A DNA stretch of 60,908 nt from NCBI GenBank assembly GCA_003649205.1, contig QMRC01000010.1:1-60908 (forward strand), given 5' to 3'. Positions 7,763-17,594 of this stretch are shown piece by piece. The stretch is from Thermoprotei archaeon. Lineage in GTDB: Archaea; Thermoproteota; Thermoprotei; Thermoproteales; B15-G16. The notes beneath the pieces were generated by a model, which saw only the letters and a list, made by a program, of their open reading frames with translations, did not search any database and had not been told where the DNA came from. Each line of letters opens with the position of its first letter. The stretch's first letter is position 1. Both the position numbers and the translations under genes were made by a program.

Positions 7763-8780
7763 GGTTGTTGATGTTCTTAGGGGGTTGGGTGTTTCTCGTG
7801 TTTTGCTTCAGTGTGCTCCTGGTCTTCGTGGTGATGTGCTTGATTCTTGGTGTGGTTTCTTGAGTGAGCGGGGGGTTGATGTTGTGGTTAGTGGTTCTTC
7901 GTGTTGGGGTCCTTGTGATGTTGCTGTTAATGAGTGTAGGTTGTTTGGTTGTGATGCTGTTCTTCATGTTGGTCATTGGTGGTTTGGTTGTGAGGGGGGT
8001 GTTCAGGTTGTTTGGTTTGGTGGTGTTCCCGTTGTCTTTGCTCCTTACTTCTACGATCTCGATGTAGGTGCTTGCTGTGGGGATGTTGTTGAGGTTGTTC
8101 GTGGCCGTGGTTTTAGGAGGGTTCTCGTGTGCTGTACTCAGCAGTACTATCCTCTTGCTAGGTACTTGGTCTCTGTTCTTAGGTCTTGTGGTGTTGATGT
8201 TGTTTGTGATCGTGTTACTTACCTTGGTTGTGAGGTAGTTAATCTTCGTCAGTTTAAGGGCTCTATTGACTGTGTTGTTGCTGTTTCTGGTGGTTACTTT
8301 CTTGGTGTTGGTTTCTTCTGTGTCTTTGATGGTGAGGTTCCTGTTATTCAGTATGATCCTCACTCTAGGAGGTTTCTTGATGTTGGTTCTGTTGCTAGGA
8401 GGTTGATTGGTATTAAGTTGAGTAGGTTGGTGGATTTGCTTTCTCGTGGTTTTGAGAGGGTTGGTGTTGTTGTTTCGAGGAAGTTTGGTCAGTGTAGGTT
8501 TGCTCTAGCGGTTAGGGTTAGGGATTTCCTTAGGTCTAGGTTGCGTGGTGTGAGGGTTGATTTGTTGGTTTTCGATGATGTTCCTCTCGAGGTTCTTGAC
8601 GAGCTACCTTACGATGTGTATGTCAATACTGCTTGTCCTAGGTTGGGTCTCGATGATGTTGATAGGTTGAGGTTTAAGGTCTTGCTGAATCTAGGTGAGG
8701 TTAAGTACTTGATCTCTCGATCTATCTCTGGGTATAGGTTTAGTGATGTCTTTGGGGTTCCTACATGGTTGGTAGGTTGA
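7734..8780 (+). CDS. dph2: diphthamide synthesis protein Dph2
   Basis: LLQCAPGL, CWGPCD, HVGH, LGC, NTACPRL; ATG 7734 preceded by GGAGG. Confidence 0.88.
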   Translation: MSSPGLSLVEVVDVLRGLGVSRVLLQCAPGLRGDVLDSWCGFLSERGVDVVVSGSSCWGPCDVAVNECRLFGCDAVLHVGHWWFGCEGGVQVVWFGGVPVVFAPYFYDLDVGACCGDVVEVVRGRGFRRVLVCCTQQYYPLARYLVSVLRSCGVDVVCDRVTYLGCEVVNLRQFKGSIDCVVAVSGGYFLGVGFFCVFDGEVPVIQYDPHSRRFLDVGSVARRLIGIKLSRLVDLLSRGFERVGVVVSRKFGQCRFALAVRVRDFLRSRLRGVRVDLLVFDDVPLEVLDELPYDVYVNTACPRLGLDDVDRLRFKVLLNLGEVKYLISRSISGYRFSDVFGVPTWLVG

Positions 8781-9391
8781 GGAAGAAAGTTCTTGAGAGG
8801 TTGATTGAGGAGGTTCCTCCTCATCCCTGTCCTCGTATCGAGCTTGAGCAGTATACTACTCCGGCTTACATCGTTGCTGATGTTCTTTGGCGTGCTTGTG
8901 TTGAGTTTGGTGATGTTGAGGGTAGGAGGGTTCTCGATCTTGGTTGCGGTACTGGTAGGTTTGCCTATGGTGCTGCTCTGTTGGGTGCTGATGTGGTTGT
9001 TGGTGTTGATGTGGATAAGGTTGCTCTTGAGGTTGCTCGTGACTTCACTAGGTCCAAGGGTTTAGACGGTGTTGTTAGCTTTGTTCAGTGTGATGTTAAG
9101 TGTCTAAATTTGGTGAGGAGGGTTGATACTGTGTTTCAGAATCCTCCGTTTGGTGTTCACAGGAGGGGTGCTGATGTGGAGTTCCTGGTTAAGGCTATGG
9201 AGTTGGCTGATGTTGTGTACACGATGCACAAAGCAAGTACTCGCGACTATGTGCTTAGGGTTATAGAAAAGTATAATTTTAGAGCGGTTATCCTGCAAAC
9301 AGTAGAGTACCCTATTTTCGCCATGTTTCCACATCATGAGAAGAGGAAGCATATCGTGTTAGTTGACGTCATTAGAGCTGAGAGGTGTTAG
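8765..9391 (+). CDS. METTL5-family RNA N6-adenine methyltransferase
   Basis: LEQYTTP, DLGCGTG, QNPPFG. Confidence 0.9.
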   Translation: MVGRLRKKVLERLIEEVPPHPCPRIELEQYTTPAYIVADVLWRACVEFGDVEGRRVLDLGCGTGRFAYGAALLGADVVVGVDVDKVALEVARDFTRSKGLDGVVSFVQCDVKCLNLVRRVDTVFQNPPFGVHRRGADVEFLVKAMELADVVYTMHKASTRDYVLRVIEKYNFRAVILQTVEYPIFAMFPHHEKRKHIVLVDVIRAERC

Positions 9392-9967
9392 TTGATGAAG
9401 AGTGAGAAGAAGATTGCATTGCCAGGTGAGAGGATTGCTGTTATCGAGGAGTTCATGCCGTACAGTGGTTCTTATCCTTACGCGTACGAGGAGGATGGTA
9501 ACATCTACTCCTCAGTTGTGGGTATTGTGAGGAAGGATCTCAGTAAGAGGTTAATTGCTGTTGAGCCTGTACCTAAGTGCACTAGGTTACCTACGTATAA
9601 CGATGTTGTGTATGGTCAGGTGATGTCGGTGATAAAGGATACTGTAGCGGTTACCAAGATACTGGGTAAGGAAGGGGGTACTAGATATGAGGTCACTGTC
9701 ACAGGGCTACTTCACATATCGCAGGTTTCTGAGACAGTCATTAGATCGATATACGATGCTGTTAGGATTGGTGACTACATTCGCGCTAAGGTAATCTCAA
9801 GACACGGCCCACCATACCTACTAACGATAAAGGGTAGAGACCTAGGTGTTATCCTAGCATTTTGTCCTTTCTGCCACCAGCCACTACGTAGACACGGTAC
9901 ACTGCTTCAGTGTCGAAACTGTAGACTCAGCTTTAAGAGGAAGATTTCCGCCATGTACTTGGTGTAG
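9392..9967 (+). CDS. csl4: exosome RNA-binding subunit Csl4
   Basis: LPGE..EEF, S1 domain GDYIRAKV, LGVILAFCPFC..CRNC..RKIS. Confidence 0.92.
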   Translation: MMKSEKKIALPGERIAVIEEFMPYSGSYPYAYEEDGNIYSSVVGIVRKDLSKRLIAVEPVPKCTRLPTYNDVVYGQVMSVIKDTVAVTKILGKEGGTRYEVTVTGLLHISQVSETVIRSIYDAVRIGDYIRAKVISRHGPPYLLTIKGRDLGVILAFCPFCHQPLRRHGTLLQCRNCRLSFKRKISAMYLV

Positions 9968-9969
9968 TC

Positions 9970-10638
9970 ATGCCCATTAAGAAGCTAGTTATCAAGGTAT
10001 CGAGTACTGCTGAGCAGGAAATGCTACTTGAGGAGATCACAGCTAGGGTCAAGAGCACTACTATCAGGATTCAGTCTAGATTGAACACTATTGAGATCTA
10101 CATATATGGTACTAAGGATATGATACGTGCAGCTGAGAGCGAGATTAGGGAGATTGTGAAGTACGTACGTGGGATGTTAACTCGTGACTTTAGAGGTTTG
10201 TACACATATCCTATATCTCACGTACTCTCGAGAGCAGGTCTAAGAGTTGCTATACCTGTAGATCTCTTGATTCAGGTACTTGAGGTTAAGGGTTACAGAG
10301 CTAAGATTGAGGGTGGTTCAATTAGGACTGATGCTACTGTCGATGTTGTTCAGGATCTAGCAAGGAAGATCTCTGAAGTGTACTACAACCTCAGCACCTC
10401 TAACTTAGCTCCAACAGCTAAGAAGTTGGTTGCTTACTACATTCTCGCTAAGAACTACAGTGTTGAAGAGGTTGATAGAGCTGTCAAGGAGTTGAGCGAG
10501 TTAGGGTTGCTGAAGGAAGTTGAACTACCTAATGGTGAGGTAAGGGTTATATTGGGTAAGGAACTGAGTTCTGCGATAAGTACTGTGAGGGAGCTTATTC
10601 ATGGGAAAGTTAGTAGTGAAGGTTCTGGAAAGGAATGA
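9970..10638 (+). CDS. DUF2067-like protein
   Basis: conserved position between csl4 and rpoL; IEIYIYG and LEVKGY motifs. Confidence 0.6.
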   Translation: MPIKKLVIKVSSTAEQEMLLEEITARVKSTTIRIQSRLNTIEIYIYGTKDMIRAAESEIREIVKYVRGMLTRDFRGLYTYPISHVLSRAGLRVAIPVDLLIQVLEVKGYRAKIEGGSIRTDATVDVVQDLARKISEVYYNLSTSNLAPTAKKLVAYYILAKNYSVEEVDRAVKELSELGLLKEVELPNGEVRVILGKELSSAISTVRELIHGKVSSEGSGKE

Positions 10639-10882
10639 GAGGAAGCTACTACTTGAGGTAGAGGGTGAGACGCATACTCTACTAAATCTCATCACCACTG
10701 CGTTACTGGAGGATCCTGATGTTGAGATAGCTTACTATGACATTGATCACCCTCTACGTGGTGTTGCTCGTGTATATGTGAAGACTAGGAGTAAGAGACC
10801 TGAAGATGCCTTGAGAGAAGCTGTTGAGAGGGTTAGGAAGTTAATTGCTGAGTGTAGGGAGGTACTAGCTAAAGTGCTCTAG
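10601..10882 (+). CDS. rpoL: RNA polymerase subunit Rpo11 (L)
   Basis: EGETHTLLNL, YDIDHPL. Confidence 0.93.
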   Translation: MGKLVVKVLERNERKLLLEVEGETHTLLNLITTALLEDPDVEIAYYDIDHPLRGVARVYVKTRSKRPEDALREAVERVRKLIAECREVLAKVL

Positions 10883-10902
10883 TGATCATGGTCATTGGAC
10901 AA

Positions 10903-11202
10903 TTACTTGATTCTTGTCCTAATGACATTGCCGCATAGTAGACATCTCTTGATAATGTAGCTACCACGTACCCTAACGCTACATGTCTTACCGGGGATTA
11001 ACAACGTGTAGCACCTCTTGCATATGAGTACTCGATATCTCTTTGGGAGCTTGATTCTGCATCTCTGAGCTATTCTAGTTGCTAGGTATACGTACCTCCT
11101 AACTAGAGCTATGTCACCTCTACGTAGCATCTCATGGGCTAGGCTAAATAATCTCGAAATACGTTGAATAGCTAGATCCCTTATGTCTTCACTACAGGAC
11201 AT
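10903..11202 (-). CDS. rnp4: RNase P protein Rpp21
   Basis: AIQRISRLF, RRYV, CKRC..LIPG..CLLCG. Confidence 0.9.
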   Translation of the reverse strand: MSCSEDIRDLAIQRISRLFSLAHEMLRRGDIALVRRYVYLATRIAQRCRIKLPKRYRVLICKRCYTLLIPGKTCSVRVRGSYIIKRCLLCGNVIRTRIK

Positions 11203-11920
11203 AGCTAAGAGCAGTAGCTCTATGGGTGTTAATCAGTTTAAGCTACATCTACTACTTGTTGAAGCTGCACTGGAGACAATACCTAGAGAGATCTGGTCGC
11301 ATCCACTCGTGAGGAAACACTCTAAGACAAGATCAAAACCACCTGCATTCATACTATTCGATCTCTCATTTCACTACCAAGCTGCTAAGAAGCTACCTGA
11401 TCTACATAAAAGAGGAAGACCCGATATCGTGCACTTTTGTCTTCTCGAGGCATTAGGTTCACCACTTAACAAGAGGGGTCTCCTTGAGGTCTATGTACAT
11501 ACGTACAGCGACTACGTGATCTGGATAAATCCTGAGACACGACTACCGAGGCACTACCTGAGGTTCTGTGGGTTGATAGAGCAGTTGTTTGAGGTTAGGA
11601 AGGTACCTCCTGAGAGTGAGAAACCTCTTCTAACGCTTGAGAAAATGACTTTGAGTGAACTACTGATGAAGCTTAGACCTGATAGGGTGTTTCTACTCGA
11701 TGAACGAGGTGAACGAATTAGTGCTACTGAACTGGCTAGGAAGGTCTTGTCTTACTCCAGACCAGCTGTCATGATTGGTGCTTTTCAGGCAGGTAGCTTT
11801 AGAGAGGAGACCTATAGGTTAGCTCACGAGGTGTATTCGATATATCCGGAGGCGCTAGATGCCTGGGTTGTTGTAGCTCGTGTATTGACAGCTATTGAAC
11901 TTCAGCTAGGTATACTGTGA
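11183..11920 (+). CDS. nep1: 16S rRNA pseudouridine N1-methyltransferase Nep1/Emg1 (start possibly 11222)
   Basis: KRGRPDIVH, SPLNK, RLPRHYLRFCGLIEQL, IGAF. Confidence 0.92.
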   Translation: MSSLQDIAKSSSSMGVNQFKLHLLLVEAALETIPREIWSHPLVRKHSKTRSKPPAFILFDLSFHYQAAKKLPDLHKRGRPDIVHFCLLEALGSPLNKRGLLEVYVHTYSDYVIWINPETRLPRHYLRFCGLIEQLFEVRKVPPESEKPLLTLEKMTLSELLMKLRPDRVFLLDERGERISATELARKVLSYSRPAVMIGAFQAGSFREETYRLAHEVYSIYPEALDAWVVVARVLTAIELQLGIL

Positions 11921-11984
11921 ACTGTAGTACATTTTGCCATGGTCAAGTACCTTATTTACTCCCTCGAGTAGAATCATGTCGTAG

Positions 11985-12413
11985 GTGAGTACATTGCAGG
12001 AAAAGAAGTGTCCAGTTCCTGGATGTAACTTCACTACATCTAGGTGGGATGTGTTGGCTGATCACATAGCATCCTGTGATGACCCAGCACACAGTAAGCT
12101 CTATGAGTTTCTCGCATATGGTTCAGTTGCTGATGGTAGGTGTATTCTCTGTGGTGAGGAGATTCCGTATAGGTCTAAGAGACATGGTATAACAACTCAG
12201 CTCAAACACTATATTGAGAAGCACCTAGATTACTTAGTGGAGGTTGTGCTGCAGGGGTTTGGTGTTAGGTATTGTGAGAACTGCGGTACGGTATTAAAAC
12301 CTCTCTCAGTAGCTAATGCTAGTGGTGGGGATGAGACTGTTGTTGTGTGGATTTGTGAGAGGTGTGGTCAGAGGTATGTTGAACTATTGAGGAAGGGTGA
12401 TGTACATGAGTGA
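11985..12413 (+). CDS. multi-zinc-finger hypothetical protein
   Basis: CPVPGC..H..H, CILC..H..H, CENC..CERC. Confidence 0.7.
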   Translation: MSTLQEKKCPVPGCNFTTSRWDVLADHIASCDDPAHSKLYEFLAYGSVADGRCILCGEEIPYRSKRHGITTQLKHYIEKHLDYLVEVVLQGFGVRYCENCGTVLKPLSVANASGGDETVVVWICERCGQRYVELLRKGDVHE

Positions 12414-12789
12414 GAGACGTAGCGATGTTGTGAAGAAGATGGCTGAACTCGTTAAGGCTGGTGCTACGTTACTTGCCTATTCATGTCCTGTCTGTGGTAC
12501 GCCATTACTTAGGTTGAAGTCTGGTGAGGTGTACTGTGTTAGGTGTGGTAAGAGGGTCTTCATTGTTAAGAGCGATCTTGAGGAGCGTAGTGTCTTGACT
12601 TCAGCTGTCTTAGAGGAGCTTAGGGATACTATAACTAGTCTCCTGAGCGATCTAGTACGTAACTTGAGAGAGGGTAAGTTCTCTCCCGGTGAGAGAATTG
12701 AAGTTGGTAGAGAGGTATTGGTTTGGCTTGAAGCTCTTGAGAGAGTCAATAGGTTACTTCGTGAGGTGAGTAGTGGTGGGTCGTCGTAG
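12397..12789 (+). CDS. UPF0148 / autoantigen-p27 zinc-ribbon protein
   Basis: KMAELVKAGATLL..CPVCGTPL..GEVYCVRC. Confidence 0.85.
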   Translation: MMYMSERRSDVVKKMAELVKAGATLLAYSCPVCGTPLLRLKSGEVYCVRCGKRVFIVKSDLEERSVLTSAVLEELRDTITSLLSDLVRNLREGKFSPGERIEVGREVLVWLEALERVNRLLREVSSGGSS

Positions 12790-13495
12790 GAAGGTTGTGT
12801 ACCTTGCTGATGCTCGTGAGGTGATTTATGACGAGACTAGGTGGGAGATACTGCGTGAGAAACGTAGGCAAGCACTCGAGATCATGAAGGTACTGAGACA
12901 GCATGGTCTAGAGCCTATAGTTCATGGTTCAATTGCTAGAGGTGATGTGAGACACGATAGCGATATCGATATAGTGATTCCGTACATGGTCAATCCATCA
13001 ATTGTTGAGGCTGCGTTAGAGAATGGTGGTTTTGAACCAATTAAGAAGGCTATCGTACAGGCTACTCCAACACACGTGATTAAGGCCCACATATATCTTG
13101 ATGAGCTAATTTGCGTGACATTCCCTTTAACAGAGCTTAGACCGCGTGAGAGGGAATTCTACAAGTTTGGTGGTGAACTTACTTACGAGCAGTTACTCCG
13201 TGACATGAGGGTACCTGGAGTTGATAAGAGGTTGATGCTCATTGAGCCAACAGATAGAGGTCACATAGAGAGTAGCATTATCGGGAGAGAGGTTGAGGTT
13301 GCTGAAAGACTTGGTGTATCACTGGATATAATACGTGAGAGGATTTACGTATTGACTAGGAGGGATAGAGTTGGGAGAACAGGTGTCTACCTTAAGCTTG
13401 AGCTACCGGGTAGTGAACCAATTCAGCCATACATTAAATCACTTGCTTCCACTGATCCAGCTATACGTAAGAGATTACTTGGCTTCGCTATCTAA
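12773..13495 (+). CDS. pol-beta-type nucleotidyltransferase domain protein
   Basis: HGSIARGDV..SDIDI, RVPGVDKRL, RVGRTG. Confidence 0.85.
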   Translation: MVGRRRKVVYLADAREVIYDETRWEILREKRRQALEIMKVLRQHGLEPIVHGSIARGDVRHDSDIDIVIPYMVNPSIVEAALENGGFEPIKKAIVQATPTHVIKAHIYLDELICVTFPLTELRPREREFYKFGGELTYEQLLRDMRVPGVDKRLMLIEPTDRGHIESSIIGREVEVAERLGVSLDIIRERIYVLTRRDRVGRTGVYLKLELPGSEPIQPYIKSLASTDPAIRKRLLGFAI

Positions 13496-14562
13496 GTCCT
13501 TATCTTAAACCTTAGGAAAGCAGCAATCCCACCTAGCGAATCGAGCTTCTGACCACACTCTTCCTCAGATGGTATCACAATTACCTTAATGTGTTGTGCA
13601 CCTAGCCTCTCCAGTACAGTTCTGGTATCTTCACTCCTATATGAGTTTGTGAGAAAATTACTCGTCATGATCAGCGTATCGACAGCATGGTACTCCACAG
13701 CTTCTTTCACTTCCTCAATACCGATAGCTACTTGTGCTTCATCAGTTGCTAGGTAGCGGAAGAGCTTCTCGACATACGATGAGTAGAAGTGAACATTTAC
13801 CTTCTTCAGGTAGTCACAGAAATCATCTCTTCTAAGTAACTCGTATACACCGGATTCACCTCCTTCTCCAACATTGAATATTGTGAAGTTTATCGAGGAT
13901 AGGTCCATTACCTTCCTCAATGCTTCTAACACCATTGACTTGAGAACAGAGGGTACGGCTATAGCTACAGCTGAGTACTCACGTAGGTGTAGTGTCAGCC
14001 TTGTAAGTAATTTACGTAGTGTAGCCTCTAGTTCATTGAGTAAGCTAGCTCTGTGAGAGAGCTTACCACTTAAGCTTAGAGAGGATGAGTACAGTATTCT
14101 TGAACCTATAGCCGTTACCTCGGCTAAGCATACGCTCCTTAGGTCTATTGATATCACGAGTACCTTAGCTCTTGACTGAATACACTGCTCAAGAATACCC
14201 CTTATTAGTGAAGTGTTGAAGTGCTCCTTAACTATCTTGACCTCAACTCCAGGCTCAACAGCTATTGTGTGGTGCCTACCCTTAGCCGGTAACCAATCAG
14301 GAACCTCAATAACCACTCCATGAATCCTCAACCTATTCGTGAATCTCTGAAAATCAAGAGATAGGACTCGCAACCCCATATACACTTTAACCCTCTCACC
14401 ACGCTCCGTACCAGTAACGCCCTCACGCTTAAGCATACGGTAAGTCCATGAGTAAACGACGTCACCAGGCTCAATGAGAAGAGTCAAGAAGAAAAGATCT
14501 TCAGAGCACTCAGGAACCACTCTAATCACGTGATGCCTCTCATCTAGCTCAAGAACCTTCAA
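13492..14562 (-). CDS. pelA: mRNA surveillance protein pelota
   Basis: EDLFFL..IEPGDVV, RLRIHG, GRHHTI, LDSLGGIAAFLRF. Confidence 0.9.
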   Translation of the reverse strand: MKVLELDERHHVIRVVPECSEDLFFLTLLIEPGDVVYSWTYRMLKREGVTGTERGERVKVYMGLRVLSLDFQRFTNRLRIHGVVIEVPDWLPAKGRHHTIAVEPGVEVKIVKEHFNTSLIRGILEQCIQSRAKVLVISIDLRSVCLAEVTAIGSRILYSSSLSLSGKLSHRASLLNELEATLRKLLTRLTLHLREYSAVAIAVPSVLKSMVLEALRKVMDLSSINFTIFNVGEGGESGVYELLRRDDFCDYLKKVNVHFYSSYVEKLFRYLATDEAQVAIGIEEVKEAVEYHAVDTLIMTSNFLTNSYRSEDTRTVLERLGAQHIKVIVIPSEEECGQKLDSLGGIAAFLRFKIRT

Positions 14563-14623
14563 GCGACATCACCCTCAAACGAGAAAACACTAAATAACTC
14601 AAACACTACATAGGGTACTGAGA

Positions 14624-14711
14624 GCGGGGGTGCCCGAGCCAGGTCAAAGGGGCGGGACTCAAGATCCCGTGGCGTAGGCCTGCGTGGGTTCAAATCCCAC
14701 CCCCCGCACCA
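14624..14711 (+). tRNA. tRNA-Leu (CAA), CCA encoded
   Basis: GCGGGGGTGCCCGAGCCAGGTCAAAGGGGCGGGACTCAAGATCCCG, long variable arm, GGTTCAAATCCCACCCCCCGCACCA. Confidence 0.95.
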
Positions 14712-15235
14712 TAGACCCTCTTCCTCTTCACAACCTTCCTCTTAATGAGAGGTGATCCACAGTTATCACAAACGTCTCTCTTCTCGTGAAATACCTTACC
14801 ACAAGCTGGACAGTAGATTAGCCACTTCCTGTACTCCCTGATACCTCTGGTTCTTAGTGGTCTATACTGGATACCTAGGTACCTCAGTACATTCATTATT
14901 GCGTAGTCGTCTGTTATGACTACTGGTTCTAGTCCCTGATCCTTGATTTGTAGCGCTAGAGCAATTACCTCAATATCTACGTCCGATAACCTAAGTATGT
15001 CACCGGTAGCTTTAGCTGCATTTGTTGCCCTTTTCAGGTACTCTTCACTAGGTTCAACTATTGCTAATCGTCTCTGTATCATGGTTACTTCGAGTATCGT
15101 CCTCGATTTATCGTCTAGTACTTCTTGAGTTACTCTAGGTGTTGTGTAGCATGGTCTATCGAATATCTGTAAGGTGTTTGTATGGAGTATTGCTGATGCA
15201 TCGAGTACGTACACTACGTTACTCAGAACCATCAC
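14690..15235 (-). CDS. nob1: Nob1 endonuclease (PIN + zinc ribbon)
   Basis: VLDASA, LSDVDIEVIALA, TDDYAIMN, CPAC..CDNCGS. Confidence 0.9.
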   Translation of the reverse strand: MMVLSNVVYVLDASAILHTNTLQIFDRPCYTTPRVTQEVLDDKSRTILEVTMIQRRLAIVEPSEEYLKRATNAAKATGDILRLSDVDIEVIALALQIKDQGLEPVVITDDYAIMNVLRYLGIQYRPLRTRGIREYRKWLIYCPACGKVFHEKRDVCDNCGSPLIKRKVVKRKRVYGAGGGI

Positions 15236-16054
15236 CTACGGGGTGTGTAACCTTCGAAATACCTTATCGTAGAAACTCTCACCTCTTCTGTGAAATCTGA
15301 TGAACTTGATGTAGCTATCTACTCCACACAGCTCTAGGTGTGTCTCCGTACTTAAGCTTATTTGCTGGATACCATCTACTATAGCCAACATTCTGTGTTC
15401 ACATGTTAGGTCTACACGTAGTTTCTTGTTCACTGGTAATACGTATGGTACATTAGCTACTGGTGTGTGGGGGTTAAGTAACTTAAACACTATTGCTTTT
15501 AGCTCTGGGTCTATTATGGGTCCTCCGGTTGAGAGGAGGTATGCTGTTGACCCTAACGTGCTTGAGAGGAGAACGCCATCAGCTCTGTTCCTGTACACGA
15601 GGTAGTTTGCGTGATCTACGTCAGGTATGTACGCTGTAACCCTAATCATGGGTCTTGGTATTTCGGGTTTAATCACTATGTCATTTATGAACTTAACCTT
15701 AGTACCCTCTACGTACACAGCAATTAGTGGGTATTCCTCAAGTGTGTAGTCGTGCTTCATTACTTTCGCTATTGCTTCCTCAGCTTCGTACACTGTGTAC
15801 TCACTGAGGAAGTTTAGCTTACCTGTACCTAGTGGTAGTAGAAGAGTTTCCTCCAGAGCTTTCACATAGTGAATGGCTCTAAGTACCGTACCATCACCAC
15901 CAATGATGAGTACTACCTCGGTTTCACTAGGTAGTGTTATTGGTTTCTCGAGATTAGTAAAAGACGTCACCTCTAAACCGTAGCTTGTTAGTAGAGTCTT
16001 CACCTTTCGTGCTAAGTTCACGTATTGTGTACTATACAGCACTGCTATGCCCAT
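15236..16054 (-). CDS. nadK: NAD(+) kinase
   Basis: GGDGTVL, GKLNFL, ADG..STLGSTAY.LSTGGPI. Confidence 0.9.
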   Translation of the reverse strand: MGIAVLYSTQYVNLARKVKTLLTSYGLEVTSFTNLEKPITLPSETEVVLIIGGDGTVLRAIHYVKALEETLLLPLGTGKLNFLSEYTVYEAEEAIAKVMKHDYTLEEYPLIAVYVEGTKVKFINDIVIKPEIPRPMIRVTAYIPDVDHANYLVYRNRADGVLLSSTLGSTAYLLSTGGPIIDPELKAIVFKLLNPHTPVANVPYVLPVNKKLRVDLTCEHRMLAIVDGIQQISLSTETHLELCGVDSYIKFIRFHRRGESFYDKVFRRLHTP

Positions 16055-16135
16055 GCACTCGCTAGACCTCTTATGCTACTTCGTCATTAAAACATATAAA
16101 CGTAGTGCCTGCTCTCTCTCCATGAGGTGTAGTTC

Positions 16136-16531
16136 GTGGCTGTGAAACCCGTATCAGCAGGTAGCTTGAAGGAAGGTTCATTCATAGTAATCGACGGAGA
16201 GCCCTGTAAGATAGTTGAGATCGAGAAGTCTAAGACGGGAAAACATGGTTCTGCAAAGTGTCGAATAGTCGCTATCGGTATCTTCGATGGTGTTAAGAGG
16301 AGTATAGTTGTTCCAGCTGATGCACAGGTTGAGGTACCTGTCGTGAATAAGAAGGTTGGGCAGGTTATAGCTGTAACTGGAGACATGGTACAGGTCATGG
16401 ACTTATCGACCTACGAGACATACGAACTACCAATGCCAGAGGAGGAGGATCTTAGGAGTAGGTTAGCACCTGGCATTGAGGTAGAGATCTGGGAGATCAT
16501 GGGTAGGCACAAGATAATGAGGATCAGGTAG
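16136..16531 (+). CDS. eif5a: translation factor aIF5A
   Basis: hypusine motif [10 protein letters not shown]. Confidence 0.97.
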   Translation: MAVKPVSAGSLKEGSFIVIDGEPCKIVEIEKSKTGKHGSAKCRIVAIGIFDGVKRSIVVPADAQVEVPVVNKKVGQVIAVTGDMVQVMDLSTYETYELPMPEEEDLRSRLAPGIEVEIWEIMGRHKIMRIR

Positions 16532-17153
16532 TTCCCTGCTGTGTTGATGGTGGTGCAACGAATAGGTAGTACTTTTGACCACCCTTAAGCTCCTCAATGA
16601 TGCGTTCGACTATTACTTTCTTCGCATCAATACCTGTCCTGTTTTTTATATCTTCAAAGCTCTTGAATGGTTCCTTCTTTCTCTCATTAAGTATATCCCA
16701 AAGGGTCTTCTTCCCTATACCACGAAGTAGCTCGAGAGAGTGTAGTCTAGGTGTGATAGGTCCTGCTCTATTGAAGAAATCAACGAAGTACTGCTCTTTA
16801 TTGCTCACGATCTCCTCTACAATACTTGGGATTAAGTCCTTAGCTTCCTGAGATAGCTCATCGTACGTTATTCTCCTCACAATTCTCTCTATCTTATCTC
16901 TGTAGCCCTTACCTATGAAGACCTTCTCGCGTACCTTAATCTCCTTACCTACCTTAGGTGTTAGCTCGAGTAGTGTGAAGTATTGCTCACCAAGTGCGTG
17001 CACTATGTAGTCGTACCCCTGTAGCTTGTATGTCCTAATCCTCTGGAAGTCAAGTGCTGAGGTTGGTATTATGTCAAGTATGTACGCGTACTCTTCAAAG
17101 TACCTACGTCCTCTCTGAAGTAGTTGCCAGTACATCTGACTCAAGTTCATCAC
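16524..17153 (-). CDS. DUF655 RNA-binding protein
   Basis: [28 protein letters not shown]. Confidence 0.9.
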   Translation of the reverse strand: MMNLSQMYWQLLQRGRRYFEEYAYILDIIPTSALDFQRIRTYKLQGYDYIVHALGEQYFTLLELTPKVGKEIKVREKVFIGKGYRDKIERIVRRITYDELSQEAKDLIPSIVEEIVSNKEQYFVDFFNRAGPITPRLHSLELLRGIGKKTLWDILNERKKEPFKSFEDIKNRTGIDAKKVIVERIIEELKGGQKYYLFVAPPSTQQGTT

Positions 17154-17159
17154 CTCAAC

Positions 17160-17498
17160 TCACTTACTAGCAGCTTCATTTACTATTGACAACATTTTCT
17201 CTAGGTCTTCTTTGGTGAAGACTCTTCTCTCTGGAGCAAGTATTGTTCTAAGCTCTTCAATACTCTTGGGAACTATGTTTGCTATTTGTACTGCTGTTAA
17301 CCTAGATATCAGGAACTCCGATACTAACTTCTCAACAAGTTCCTCTGCAACTTCTGGTTTTAACTTTGAGAACTTCGTGAGGTACTCATATGTTATTCTC
17401 TGTTGCTCAGTTGGTGGTGTATCGTCGTTGAGTCTCTGTTCTAGTAACTGTTTTGCTACACTATTTGGTATGTCTTTAGCCTTAATTACTCTCCTCAT
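17160..17498 (-). CDS. rpoF: RNA polymerase subunit Rpo4 (F)
   Basis: YLTKFSKL, AVQIANIVP..EELRTIL; adjacent to DUF655. Confidence 0.9.
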   Translation of the reverse strand: MRRVIKAKDIPNSVAKQLLEQRLNDDTPPTEQQRITYEYLTKFSKLKPEVAEELVEKLVSEFLISRLTAVQIANIVPKSIEELRTILAPERRVFTKEDLEKMLSIVNEAASK

Positions 17499-17594
17499 AT
17501 CAAGTCCGCTCCTTCTATGGTCTGTCTTGTCGCTAATTTTATAAAGTCTATTACCTTACGGGATATAGCACCTAGGAAGCGTAGGTGAGACACT

